A DNA stretch of 64,000 nt from the NCBI GenBank assembly GCA_958009085.1, contig OY253677.1, forward strand, positions 248,001 to 312,000, read 5' to 3'. This document shows, one piece after another, positions 1 to 10,781 of the stretch. The notes under the pieces are model-generated. The model searched no databases. It saw nothing but the letters and a program-made list of their open reading frames with translations, and was not told where the DNA came from. Numbering within the stretch: position 1 is the first letter of the stretch; each line of letters starts with the position of its first letter. The position numbers and the translations under genes were made by a program. The stretch comes from Protoeuglena noctilucae. Taxonomy: Eukaryota.

Positions 1-3000
1 AGACCCACCTGGGCCCCGAGTACTCCGCCACCACGGTGAGGGCAGAGACGCTGGCAAACTTGCCTGCCTACTCTCCTCACGCTTCGTCTCAGGTCTTGGG
101 ACAGCCGCACACAGCTGACTGTCCAACGATTCGCCGCGCGCATCCACTGTCTGTTTGTAGTGCGCTCTCTGCTGGACTCTGCTGGACTCTGCTGCAGCAT
201 CGCGTGGCTTGGCTGGGGTCCTGCGAGTGGCTCTCGCTTGCCGGTCCGCACGTCTCTATGACGCACCCCATGCGGCCCCTGTTCCGTCCGCAGCTGTACA
301 TCAAGGAGATGCCCAAGGGGGCGAGCGATCTGCGGCTGGACTTCTCGTCCCTCCTGGGCCCTCTCTTCTTCCTCTGGGTGCTGGGACTGCCCTTCCCGGG
401 TGAGGCAGCCACTGGGTGTCGGATACCGACACAGGCGCGTGTCCCTATGCTTGTCCCTCTGCTTCCTGTGGGTGCTGGGCTTGCCCTTCGGCGCTTCGCC
501 AAAGCGTGCTTCGCTCCGCCCGCCCCCGCAGTCATGTTGCTGTCGTTGGTGTACGAGAAGGAGAACCGCCTGCGCATCATGATGAAGATGCACGGGTTGT
601 CGGACAACAGCTACTGGATGGTTTCGTACATGTGGTGGATCATGATCACCATCATCTACTCCCTGTTCCTGCTCATCTTCGGCAACATCATCAACCTCAA
701 CTTCTTCCGGGACAACGACTTTGGCATTAAGTTCATCTTCGTCATCGCGGCGCAGCACGCCCAGGTCGCCACCGCCTTCCTCCTGTCCTCCGTGTTCAAG
801 TCCAGCCGCACCGCCACGATCTTCGGGTACATCTGGATCCTCGGGTCGGGCATCTTCGCCGCAAACATCATGAACACGTTCATCGACGAGGGGCGCAAGT
901 GGGTCCCGGCCATCGAGCTCATCCCGACCTTCGGCATCTACCGCGGCCTGTACGAGATGTCCCAGTACGCATTCCGCGGCCAGTACCGCGGCGGGAAGGG
1001 CCTCACCTGGTCCAACCTCAGCGACCCCAACAACGGCATGGGGCGAGTCATGGGGGTCTTTATGCTCGAGTTCTTCGTAGCCATGCCCCTGGCGTGGTAC
1101 CTCGAGCAGGCGAGTGGGGGAGTGAGAGAGTGGAGGGGCAGGAGGGGGCATTGTTGCCTGGGAAGGCACACCAGCGTCCCCACCTTCTCGCCTGGCCCCG
1201 CAGGTGGTCGACGACTCCACGGGCGTGCGCCGCCACTGGCTCTTCTTCCTGCAACGCAAGAGGAAGGACGGGTTCGAGAAGGACACCGCGACCCCCACCG
1301 TTACCGCGAGGGAGCTCCTGGGCGGGGAGGATGTCATGGCGGAGCGTGAGCTTGCCCACAACCTGAGCGAGGTGCGCGGATGCCTGCGTGCCATGCCAGG
1401 CACAACGTGTCGGTGTTAGCGCTCGACTGGTCTTGATGACTGGTGGCATTGCAGGGCCCCTGTGTTAGGTTGCTGTGTCTACCTTGTCTGCAGGAGGACG
1501 CGTCCGAGTACCCCATCATCATCAAGGACCTCCACAAGGTGTTCCCGGGCCAAGACGGCAACCCTCCCAAGATGGCGGTCAAGAGTCTGTCCATGGCTGT
1601 GCGGCGCGGGGAGGTGCTGGGCCTCCTGGGGCCCAACGGGGCGGGTGAGTGGGCGAGGAAAGGGAGTCACGGGTTGCGATGTATGCCAACCACGCATGCC
1701 GGGCCAGCTCACGTGCGAGGTTCAGTCGTTGCAGTGCCTTGCCCGGGCGTCCTCTGTTTGGCAGCCCTGCAGCCGTGCCCCGTCCTCGCCCTCTGGACTC
1801 CCTCTCTCTGCCGCCCTTGTTTGCAGGCAAGACGACGTCCATCCACATGATGGTGGGCTTCCTGGAGCCGTCGGGCGGCACGGCGCTCGTGGACGGCATG
1901 AGCATCCGCGAGGACATGGACGCCGTCTACAGCAGCATGGGGGTATGCCCTCAGCACGATCTCCTCTGGCACAGCCTCACGGGCCGGGAGCACCTGGACT
2001 TCTACGGCCATCTCAAAAACATCCCGCACGAGCGTCTCAAGGACGAGGTGGACGCGGCGTTGAAGGCCGTCAACCTGCTGAATGTCGGGAACAAGCCGTG
2101 CGGGCAGTACAGCAGGGGCATGAAGCGCCGCCTCAGCGTGGCCATCTCCATCATCGGGAGCCCCAGGTGGGAAGTGTTCTTAGTGTAAGGCACATGTCGC
2201 GCTTTGCATGAATGGGCTGGGCTGGCGCTGAGGCCACGCCAGCTGCACATGCGCGCAGGGTGGTGTATATGGACGAGCCTTCAACGGGCTTAGACCCTGC
2301 TTCGCGGCGCAACCTCTGGGACGTGGTCAAGGCCGCCAAGGAGAACAAGGCGAGCGGCAGCAGCTATGGGTCTCACGGAGCACAGGACTGCGAGCGCGGT
2401 TGTGGATTGAGACTGCGGGCACATGGCACCCATCCACCCTCCCCGACCCTGTTTGCAGGCGGTCATCCTGACGACGCACTCGATGCAGGAGGCGGAGGTG
2501 CTCTGCGATCGCTTGGGGATCTTCGTGGACGGCGAGCTCTTTACGATCGGGAACCCGCGCGACATCACGGGTGTGCAAGCATGCCCACCGCAGGCGTCCC
2601 CATCATTGCCTTACCGGCGCCTCCCGTAGGATGGCTCCCTGCCGATTCCTTCATCAATGACTATCGCGTTTGCTCGCAGCCCGCTACGGTTGCTACCTGC
2701 TCTTCTCGATCTCCACGCCCGAGGACCAAGTGGAGCGCGCCGCAGCCCTGGCCAAATCCATCCACGTGTCAGCAGAGCTCAAGTACCACGTCGGGGGCAC
2801 GCAGAAGTTCAAACTGCCCGCCAACGAGGTCATGCTTTCCGCCGTCTTCAAGGCGAGTGTCAGCTTCCAGGCTGGGGAGTGGGCGGCTCAGTCAAAGCCT
2901 GTGCAGTGCGCCTTGTCCAGTATCTGGCAGTACCTGCGAGCACCGGACGCCAACTCCGCCACGTCGTGCAGGCGGTGGAGGACGCGCAGTCGCGGGGTCT

Positions 3001-3100
3001 TCAGGTGGTGGACTGGGCCGTGCAGAATGCGTCGCTGGAAGACGTGTTCATCGACATTGCGCGGTCAGCCAACGCGCAGTTGCAAGACCTCAAGGCATAG
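1..3100 (+). CDS. ABC transporter subfamily A (ABCA), multi-exon, 5' end lies before the window
   Basis: TM domain with [18 protein letters not shown]. Walker A is split by an intron ([12 protein letters not shown]). Also [10 protein letters not shown], a [14 protein letters not shown] signature, Walker [15 protein letters not shown]-loop [11 protein letters not shown], and C-terminal SLEDVFI. Stop TAG at 3098-3100. Introns include GC-AG at 1110-1203, 2350-2458 and 2853-2971. Confidence 0.95.
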
Positions 3101-3685
3101 GGCACCCTAGCTAGCATCAGTCAGATCCTTTTCTAGCTGCAGCGCATGGGCAAGGCTGGCGCGTGACCTGTGATCGATGCGACCTTTTCAAAAGGCACTT
3201 ATCCAAAAGAATCTTGTTAGTGGTGCCGTGGACAGGCGGATGGGCGGTACTGCAGCTATGTCCTGGCTAAGCTCGCAGAGTCGGGGCACGGGCAGTCGCA
3301 GGTTTGGGTCCGACGGCGACTCACTGCGCCGCTGCATGGCCGCTGAGGGACCAACGCCGGCGCAGAGGTGTGTGGCAACAGTGAGGGCGCATGTTGTGCA
3401 CAAGGGAGGTGGTGTGTGGGCGGCATGATGGCACATGAGGACGGGCAGGCTGTGTGGAGCCGCTAGCAAGGAGGGAAGGCGTGGGGGCGGTCGGCGCATA
3501 CCATCGCATGCTGGCGGGCCGGCACAACAACATCGCCGCCTGGGGTCGATCCCTGGCGTCTGCAACTTGTGTTTCCTTGACAGTTTGTGGCACAGGCGCT
3601 GACAATCCATCGCTGCAGAAGATCATTTTGAGCTGGCAGTAACCCTGACCCGCAAACTCCCTTCGCTCAATCGGATCGAATCAAG

Positions 3686-4291
3686 ATGGCGCGGGGACCG
3701 CTCAACATGCTCGTCGCCGCGCTCGTGATCGCCTCGATGGCCGCTGTGGCGTTCGCGGTGCGTCCAGCAATTTTATATGCTCTGAACAGCAGTCAGTAAC
3801 CACGCACCTGCCGTGCGGATCGCTGAGGGTGCCGGGAAATGTCTGTGAATGCAGGGCGTCACAATCGAGACGGTGCAGGCCGGCGACGGCAAGAACTTCC
3901 CCGAGAAGGGCGACTTGGTGAAGGTAAGAGCGAGGGAGGCATGGGATGGGAGCGGGCCAGCGGGTTTGCTTTGCAGCATCGGGCATCGCAGGTCTCCGGT
4001 GCGTATACCCACTGCTAGGGCCCCACGCCGCAGGCCCATTACACGGGGACGCTTGTGGACGGGACCAAGTTCGACTCGTCCCGCGACCGGGGCCAGCCCT
4101 TCTCGTTCCGCATCGGCCTGGGCCAGGTGATCCGGTGCTGGGAGGAAGGGATGGCCCAGATGTCGGTGGGCCAGCGGGCGATCCTCGCCTGCTCCCCCGA
4201 CTACGCCTACGGCAGCCGGGGGGTCCCCGGCGTGATCCCCGCCAACGCCGAGCTCTTCTTCGACGTCGAGCTCCTGGACATTGAATACTGA
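3686..4291 (+). CDS. FKBP-type peptidyl-prolyl isomerase (FKBP12-like) with probable N-terminal signal peptide exon
   Basis: Exons 3686-3757 ([24 protein letters not shown]), 3855-3923 ([23 protein letters not shown]) and 4034-4291 ([39 protein letters not shown]...[25 protein letters not shown]), joined by GT-AG introns in phase. Confidence 0.92.
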
Positions 4292-4308
4292 GCTTTGGCG
4301 TATGGCTC

Positions 4309-5849
4309 CTAGCCCAAGTAGAGCTCCAGGTTTCGGACGCTGATGAGGACGCGGCGCTGCCCCAGCGCGTCCATCCCCAGCAGGCCGTGCGGCTCCTCCG
4401 CGGCGCGCTCCCCGAAGATGCCTGGGAAGACGGCCAGGTCGCTGAGGGCCACCCGGCCCCCGCCCAGTGGGACTTCGCGCTGCCCGCCCCCCTCCTCGGG
4501 CGCCAGGAGGGCCTCGGCAGCGGGCACGAGGGGCAGGGCGATGGAGCGCCCGTCCACGCCCACGCCGACGATCTCCTCGGCGCCCTGGGGCGGGGCCACG
4601 CCGGGCCCCACCAGCCCCGACTGCGGAGGCCATCGCGAGGAGCGATGGGCCGGCATCAACTCACCACGCACAGGCGTCGCTGCCACGTCTGTTCTCGCAC
4701 CTCGCTGGCCGCCTCGATGTTGATCGCCGTAAAAGAGCTCCCCGTGTCGAGGATGGCGCTCGTGACGACCGGGCGCCCCGACTCGCCTGGCGGGCGGAAG
4801 ACCACGGGGGCCCCAAGCAACGCCGAGGGGAGGGGCGCCAGGGGCACGGCGGCCAGGCCCTCCTCCTGGGGATGTGCGGGCCAGGGTGGCATCGCCAAGG
4901 GGCGTGGCGCCAATGCAACGAGGATGTGGTAGCAAGGGCGCTCACCTTCGCGACCCGCCGCGCGTTCCCCGGCTTGTAGAAGCGCACCCTCTTGGCTGCG
5001 GGGTCAAGGTCCACGTCGACTTGCGCCATGAACTCGACGCCGAGCATGCCTGCCACGTCGCGTCCGCCCGGCATGCGGTGCTGGGGGAAATCGCTGACGA
5101 GCGCGTGCAGGGGCCGCAGGCGCTGGCTGGCGATGGACACGTCTGTCAGGGTCACGACGCGACCGGAGGACAGGCCCCCTGCCGTGTAGCCCTCCTGCGC
5201 GACAAGCCCAGCTCCAGGCCTTGGGAGGGTGCCCACTGCCAGTAGGTGCATGCATGCAGCTGTGGGGTCCCAGCGGGCTGGCGCCGCACCGCAGTGAATC
5301 CCTCATCAGCGGAGATGCCGAGCCTGTCTCTCGTCTCTGGCGTAATCAAGTTCGCCGTGAGACCGCTGTCAAGGAGGAACAGCCCCGTGAAGGCACCGAT
5401 GCAGATTGGGAGGAGCACGTACGCGCCGCCAAACCCTCCCCGGGGCAGCTCCAGACGTCTCAATGGGACCTGCGATGCGGCAGGGCTCGGGTGGCTCGCG
5501 ATGAAGCGAAGAGTAGGGGCGGCAGCAGGGGCAGTGGGGCTTGTGCACGCCTCGCCTCGACGAAGGGGACCCCCGACCGCGATGTGGGCGCGGCAACAGC
5601 AGCACGTGCCACTCCACAATGCACCGCGTTGGCACCGAGGAGTGCGAGGGCACCGGCGGCGAAGAGGTCGCGGCGCGAGGGGCTCGTCGAGGGAAATTCG
5701 TTATCGAGCGCGAATACCGATGCATCGCGCTCGATTGGCATCGCGCCGAGCGCTCGATATGGGATGGACGGCGAGAGGCGCTCCCGCTGGCAGGGAGGCC
5801 CCGCGCGGGCGAAGGACGTGGCGCACGATGCCATCGCCGGGTGGCCCAT
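4309..5849 (-). CDS. Two-domain retropepsin-like aspartyl protease, probably plastid/thylakoid targeted
   Basis: Two catalytic-type motifs (FLLDSGLTANLI and AILDTGSSFTAIN), each followed by a G(M/L)LG motif (VAGMLGVEF; HGLLGMDALG). The N-terminus has an S/R/A-rich transit region and SRRDLFAAGALALLG. The start could be 5849 or 5834. Confidence 0.75.
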
Positions 5850-6249
5850 CGTTTTCAGACGCTGCCGGCTGGGGATGCGACAGCCCGGGTATGACGAGAA
5901 TACGGCATTCGGTCTGAGTGGCAGCGGCACTGTTCAATGTACAAAACAATATCTAGCGAGTCCAGCGCGACCGACGCCCTGCACATCCACTTGGCCAGAC
6001 GCCTAGACGCCGAGGAGATACATGTCGTCCGTCAGGCTGACCCCACGCATGCGCTTCTTCTTGTCGCTGCCCTTGTCGCCGTTGCCGGGGCCACGTGGCC
6101 TCATCGACCTGCCAGGTGGTTAGGGTTGGCGCTCCGACGTCCGCGCATGGACAGCCACGCGACCAAGTCACAAGAACCTGTACCGCATATCTGACCTTCG
6201 AGCGGCCAACCTGGCCGCGCCAGCCAGCGCGCCGGTGAGCGTGACAGCC

Positions 6250-8590
6250 ATGGCGCTTTCGACGACCCTCGTGAGGAGCGTGGGCGAGGGAAACATCTTG
6301 GGCGACGTCTCGTGTCTCGTCTCAAGTCCGCAGACGGGCACTCTGCCAGCATCGACCGTGACGGCAAGCGTAAAAAGAGCAGCGCGAGAAAACCGGTTCA
6401 GAAAACTTGAGCGCCTGGCCGGCCCCATGAATTTTCGCGACAATCGGGCACCCGACGTATCTCAATCGGGTGTCATGGAGTCTTTGGAGGACGTCGACGC
6501 TGAGGGCGATGCCCCGCCTGAGGATTTCGACGAGGAGGAGGCGTGGGAGGCCGTGAGACGAAGGTTTGTGCAGCAAAGGGGGGACTTGGACGGATTCGGA
6601 GCCGCAGCGCAGCTGTCTATCCACTACGCAACTCTCCTCCCCTCGCGATCAGGATGCGGGAGGCCATGTCCGCCCACTCGGCAGCGGCGCTCGGCGAAAT
6701 TGGCCGCGCACGGTCGCTCAGGGCCGAGTCCTTGACGCGCATGGCGAGCATCCGCGCCTTGAAAGAGGAGGCAGACGAGGCGCGGGCCCGGCGGGAGCGG
6801 GACCGCGCCGATGCCGCCCACCGCGGCATCGAGCCGGGGTCGCCGGGGGACGATCCCCAAGCGGGTCCACGGCTTCATGACCTCCCCGACGACGTCCTGT
6901 CCGCCATCATGTCCGCCCTACCAGACCCGCGGTCCCTCTGCGCGCTGTCGCTGGCCTTCCGCCGTGCGTGGCACGTCTGCCGCGGCCACACGGCCGCGTG
7001 GGCCGCCCTGTGCAGGGATGACTATGGCATCCCGGTGGACGTGGTGCGGCCGTGGGACGTACCCTGCCGCCACTCGCTGGCTAACCTGGGGGAGGCCTTC
7101 TGCCCCGCGCGTCCCTTTACGCGCCCTGCGGAGACAGCGGCGGCCGCCAGGCGCCGCGAGACGCGTCTGCGCGAGGAGCAGGCGCGGGCCGACGAGGCGG
7201 CTGCGCAGGCGCGGGAGGGCGGGGCACTGGCGTTCCCCGGCTTGGGGGCGATTGCGGAGGGGGAGGAGGAGGAGGGGGAGGGTGGGGAGGGTGGCACGAG
7301 GAGCGCAGGACAGCAGGAGCGGGCGGTGGAGGCGGGTGGGGTGTGCCGGACGTGGCGAGACGTCTATCGCGACCGGCACGAGGGTCTTGGCCTGGCGCTT
7401 CGGGTGCTGGCGTGGCTGCGCCAGTCGCACCACCCCAGTGATGTGTCGGGGCGGCAACACCGCGACCAGCTGCGCCTGGCGCTCGCCTACCTGTGCATGG
7501 CCACGGTGCCCACCCACGGGGGACAACCACGCACCCGGCAGGTGGCACTGCGCCTGCCCATGCCGTGGATGCCGCCCGGCCTTGCATAGCAGCCCAGGTG
7601 ACGCGACCCCATCCCTCCCGCTCCCCGCCTGTGCAGGAAGACGCCCTGCATGCGGTGGACGCGCTCGTGCCCTTGCTCGAGTCCAAGCACGGTTTCGTGC
7701 AGGAACTGGCGGCAGCAGCCCTGGCCAACCTCACGGGGGGTTCCCCAGCCGTTTTGGAAGCGGCGCGGCAGGTCACTGGCCAGGGCAGGGCCCTGGTCCC
7801 CAAGCTCTCAAGTGCCGTGGCGGGCGTCGTGCGGGAGGCGTCTCGCGCGCTGGCAAATCTCTGGGCGCCTAGGGTGCGCGCTGCCACCCTGGCAGGGGTC
7901 GCGCGGGAGGCGGGGCTGGTGAGGGTCGGGGCAGGGGTCGCCGGTGAGGCTGGTGGAGGGACGGCTGCCCGGTCGCTGGCTGCCGATGGCGGGGAGGAGC
8001 GCCCGCTGGACGTGGGGCGGGCGCGGGCCCAGGCGCTGCGGGGCGTGATGGAGGGGATAGGCCCGAGGGGCGGCCTGCCGCACGTGCTGGTTGGCACGCT
8101 GGGGCCGTGGGATCCGCCGGAGGGTCCGCACGTGGTGCAGGAGCTGAGCAGCCGCGGGGAGCCCGCCTGGGGGTGCTTGGTGATGCTGGCTGTCGGCGCG
8201 GATTCCGAGGGGCTGCCACCGGGGTGCGTGGCGCTGAGGGGAGAGGTCCTGGCGACGAGCGACGACGTTGCGAGGGCGGGGAGCAGGGACGAGCCCCCGC
8301 AGGCGCCAGATATGGGGGACGGCGGGGCAGGAGATGGGTGGGGGCGCGGGGGGGCGACGGTACGGTGGCGCGCTGCGGACGACGGGGTGGGCGTCCGGGG
8401 ACACTGCGACCCTGAGACGGGGGACGTGGTGCTGGTTCTGGCGAGACCGGGTGCTGGCGCGGGAAGGGGTCATTTTGGGACGAGGGACGCGGCGGGGGCG
8501 TGGGGGGTCTGCAGCAAGTGCGCCGTGGGGGACACGAGCTCGCCAGCGGGGGTGCCGCGCCACGTGTTCCGCATGTACCGCGTGACTTGA
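6250..8590 (+). CDS. F-box protein with Armadillo-like repeats
   Basis: F-box-like LHDLPDDVLSAIMSALPDPRSLCALSLAFRRAW at about 6873-6970. ARM-like AVDALVPLLESKHGFVQELAAAALANL and VVREASRALANL. Three ORF segments can be joined by GT-AG introns. Confidence 0.7.
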
Positions 8591-8744
8591 TAAGTTGGAA
8601 GTCTACAACGTCGTTCGTTACCGTGCTGCACACTTAGCCCTAACCACTCTGTCTCGTTCAACTGCGCTGCGCGTGGCCTAGTTGGATCAAGTTCCCGTGC
8701 GCTGGCACAGTCGTTCGACCGCAGCGATCCTCCTGGGCTTAGCG

Positions 8745-10583
8745 ATGGACGGGCCAGGGCGCCGGCTCGCCTGCCTCCAGCGCCACGTCGCGGTGTCGAC
8801 GGACGCAGCGGTGCGTGATGCATGCGCGTTGTGGCTCCTGCGCAGCGATGGAGGCCCGTGCCGAGGCTTGGCTTTCCTCGATGGGGCAAGAAAGCAGGCA
8901 CTTCACGGGCGATTTGACTTGACGCTCTCAAAGATGTGTCGCCCACGCCAATGACATGTGCGTATTCTTTGCAGGATCATGGTCTGTCGAGCGTGAGGGC
9001 GCTGGAGACGGGGGCCTCCCACCCCGCCCGGAGGTGCGCACGTGGCCCGTCCGCACGTCGCGCGCGCTGCACCGCTGCGAGCGCCCCGACACCCGCTTTC
9101 TAGCTTGCCAACGTCCACTGTGGTGCTGTCGTTCTGGCGGGGGCAGCGTCGCGCCGAGAAACCCCTGCGCACGGCCGCGGCGACCACCTGACCAGCTCGC
9201 CCTGTGCAGGTTCACCGTTGCGGTGCTGGGGGCCGCGGGGGGCATCGGGCAGCCTTTGTCGCTGCTGCTCATGCAAAACCCCAACGTCGCGGAGCTCAGG
9301 TGCTCGTCGGCAGCGCCGCCGTGCCCCTGCGCGCCGCTGCGTGCCGCGGCCCCCGTGACCCTTTGCCCGCCTGCCCCAGGCTCTACGACGTGGTCAACAC
9401 GCCCGGCGTGGCGGCGGACCTGTCTCACATGGACACGGGCGTGCGGGTGCGGTCCTTCGTCAAGCAGGAGTCGCTCTCAGACGCCCTCCGGGGGTGCCAC
9501 CTGGTGGTCATCCCGGCTGGGGTGCCCCGCAAGCCCGGCATGACCCGGGACGACCTCTTCAACATCAACGCGGGCATCGTGCGGTCCCTCTGCGAGGCCA
9601 TCGCCCACGCCTGCCCCCACGCGTGGGTCAACATCATCTCGGTGCGTGCAGCAAGCACGGGGCGCCTGTACCCGTCCGTGCGCCCTGCGGGGTCCGTGCC
9701 TCAGCCCCTCTGCGCTCCACCTCCCCTGCCCGCAGAACCCCGTCAACTCCACAGTGCCCATCGCCCACGAGGTCTTCCGGTCGCGGGGCGTCGACAACGC
9801 CGCCCGCGTGTTTGGCGTCACCACCCTCGACGTCGTACGCGCCAACACCTTCTTCGCCGAGGCCATTCGGGCGGACCCCAACCAGGTCGCCGTGCCCGTC
9901 ATCGGGGGCCACGCGGGCAAGACCATCCTGCCCCTCTTCTCCCAGGCGAGCGCAGCTGAGCTCACCTATGGGGTGCGCCAGAAGGGCCCTGGACGCCCCG
10001 CAGTCTCCGTGGCTCGACCGCGACAGGCGCCACCTCCGCCGCGGCATCGCAGGCCAGGCCGTCCCCCTGGGGCCTGGCCCCTGCGGACCTGGAGGCGCTG
10101 ACGGTGCGGACGCAGAATGCGGGCACGGAGGTGGTGGAGGCCAAGGCAGGGGCGGGGTCGGCCACGCTCTCGATGGCCTACGCGGCCGCGCGGTTCGCGG
10201 GGTCCTGCCTGCGGGCCATGGCGGGGGAGCCCGGCGTCACCGAGTGCGCCTTCGTCAAGTCCGGGCTGGCACCGCCCCTGCCCTTCTTCGCCAGCCCCCT
10301 GCGGCTGGGGCCCGCGGGGGTGTCCGAGTTCCTCCCACTGGGTGAGCGCATGTGCCCGGTCGCGGCTATGCCTGGCTCTGCACATACATGCGTCCCTTGC
10401 TTGTCGTGTGCCCTCTCGCACTGATCTGGGCACGCCCCCCTGCGCTGCTGTCGCAGGCAAGCTCTCCGACTACGAGCGGAGGTCTCTGGAGGACATGAAG
10501 GAGGAGCTGGCACAGAGCATCCGCAAGGGGGTCGAGTTCGCGGGGGCCCCTCCCCCGGGGCAGGCACAGGCCAGGGCCGCGTA
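8745..10583 (+). CDS. MDH: NAD-dependent malate dehydrogenase, peroxisomal/glyoxysomal type
   Basis: [73 protein letters not shown] and [25 protein letters not shown]. The first exon [15 protein letters not shown] contains a PTS2-like nonapeptide. Confidence 0.95.
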
Positions 10584-10781
10584 GTGAGGACAGCGGGGAG
10601 GCTGTCGTGGTGGCGAGGGGCGGGTACGAAACAAGGCACTTGCATGCGACGTCTGCAATGTCAGGTCGTCTGGCTGAGTGTTCAACAGAGTATTGTCGCT
10701 GTGTCTATTGGTCCGCTGCTCTGCTCCTGCTCCTGCCAGCCAAAGGAAGCGCCAGTGGGTCTGAGCTACCTGCACGGTCCA

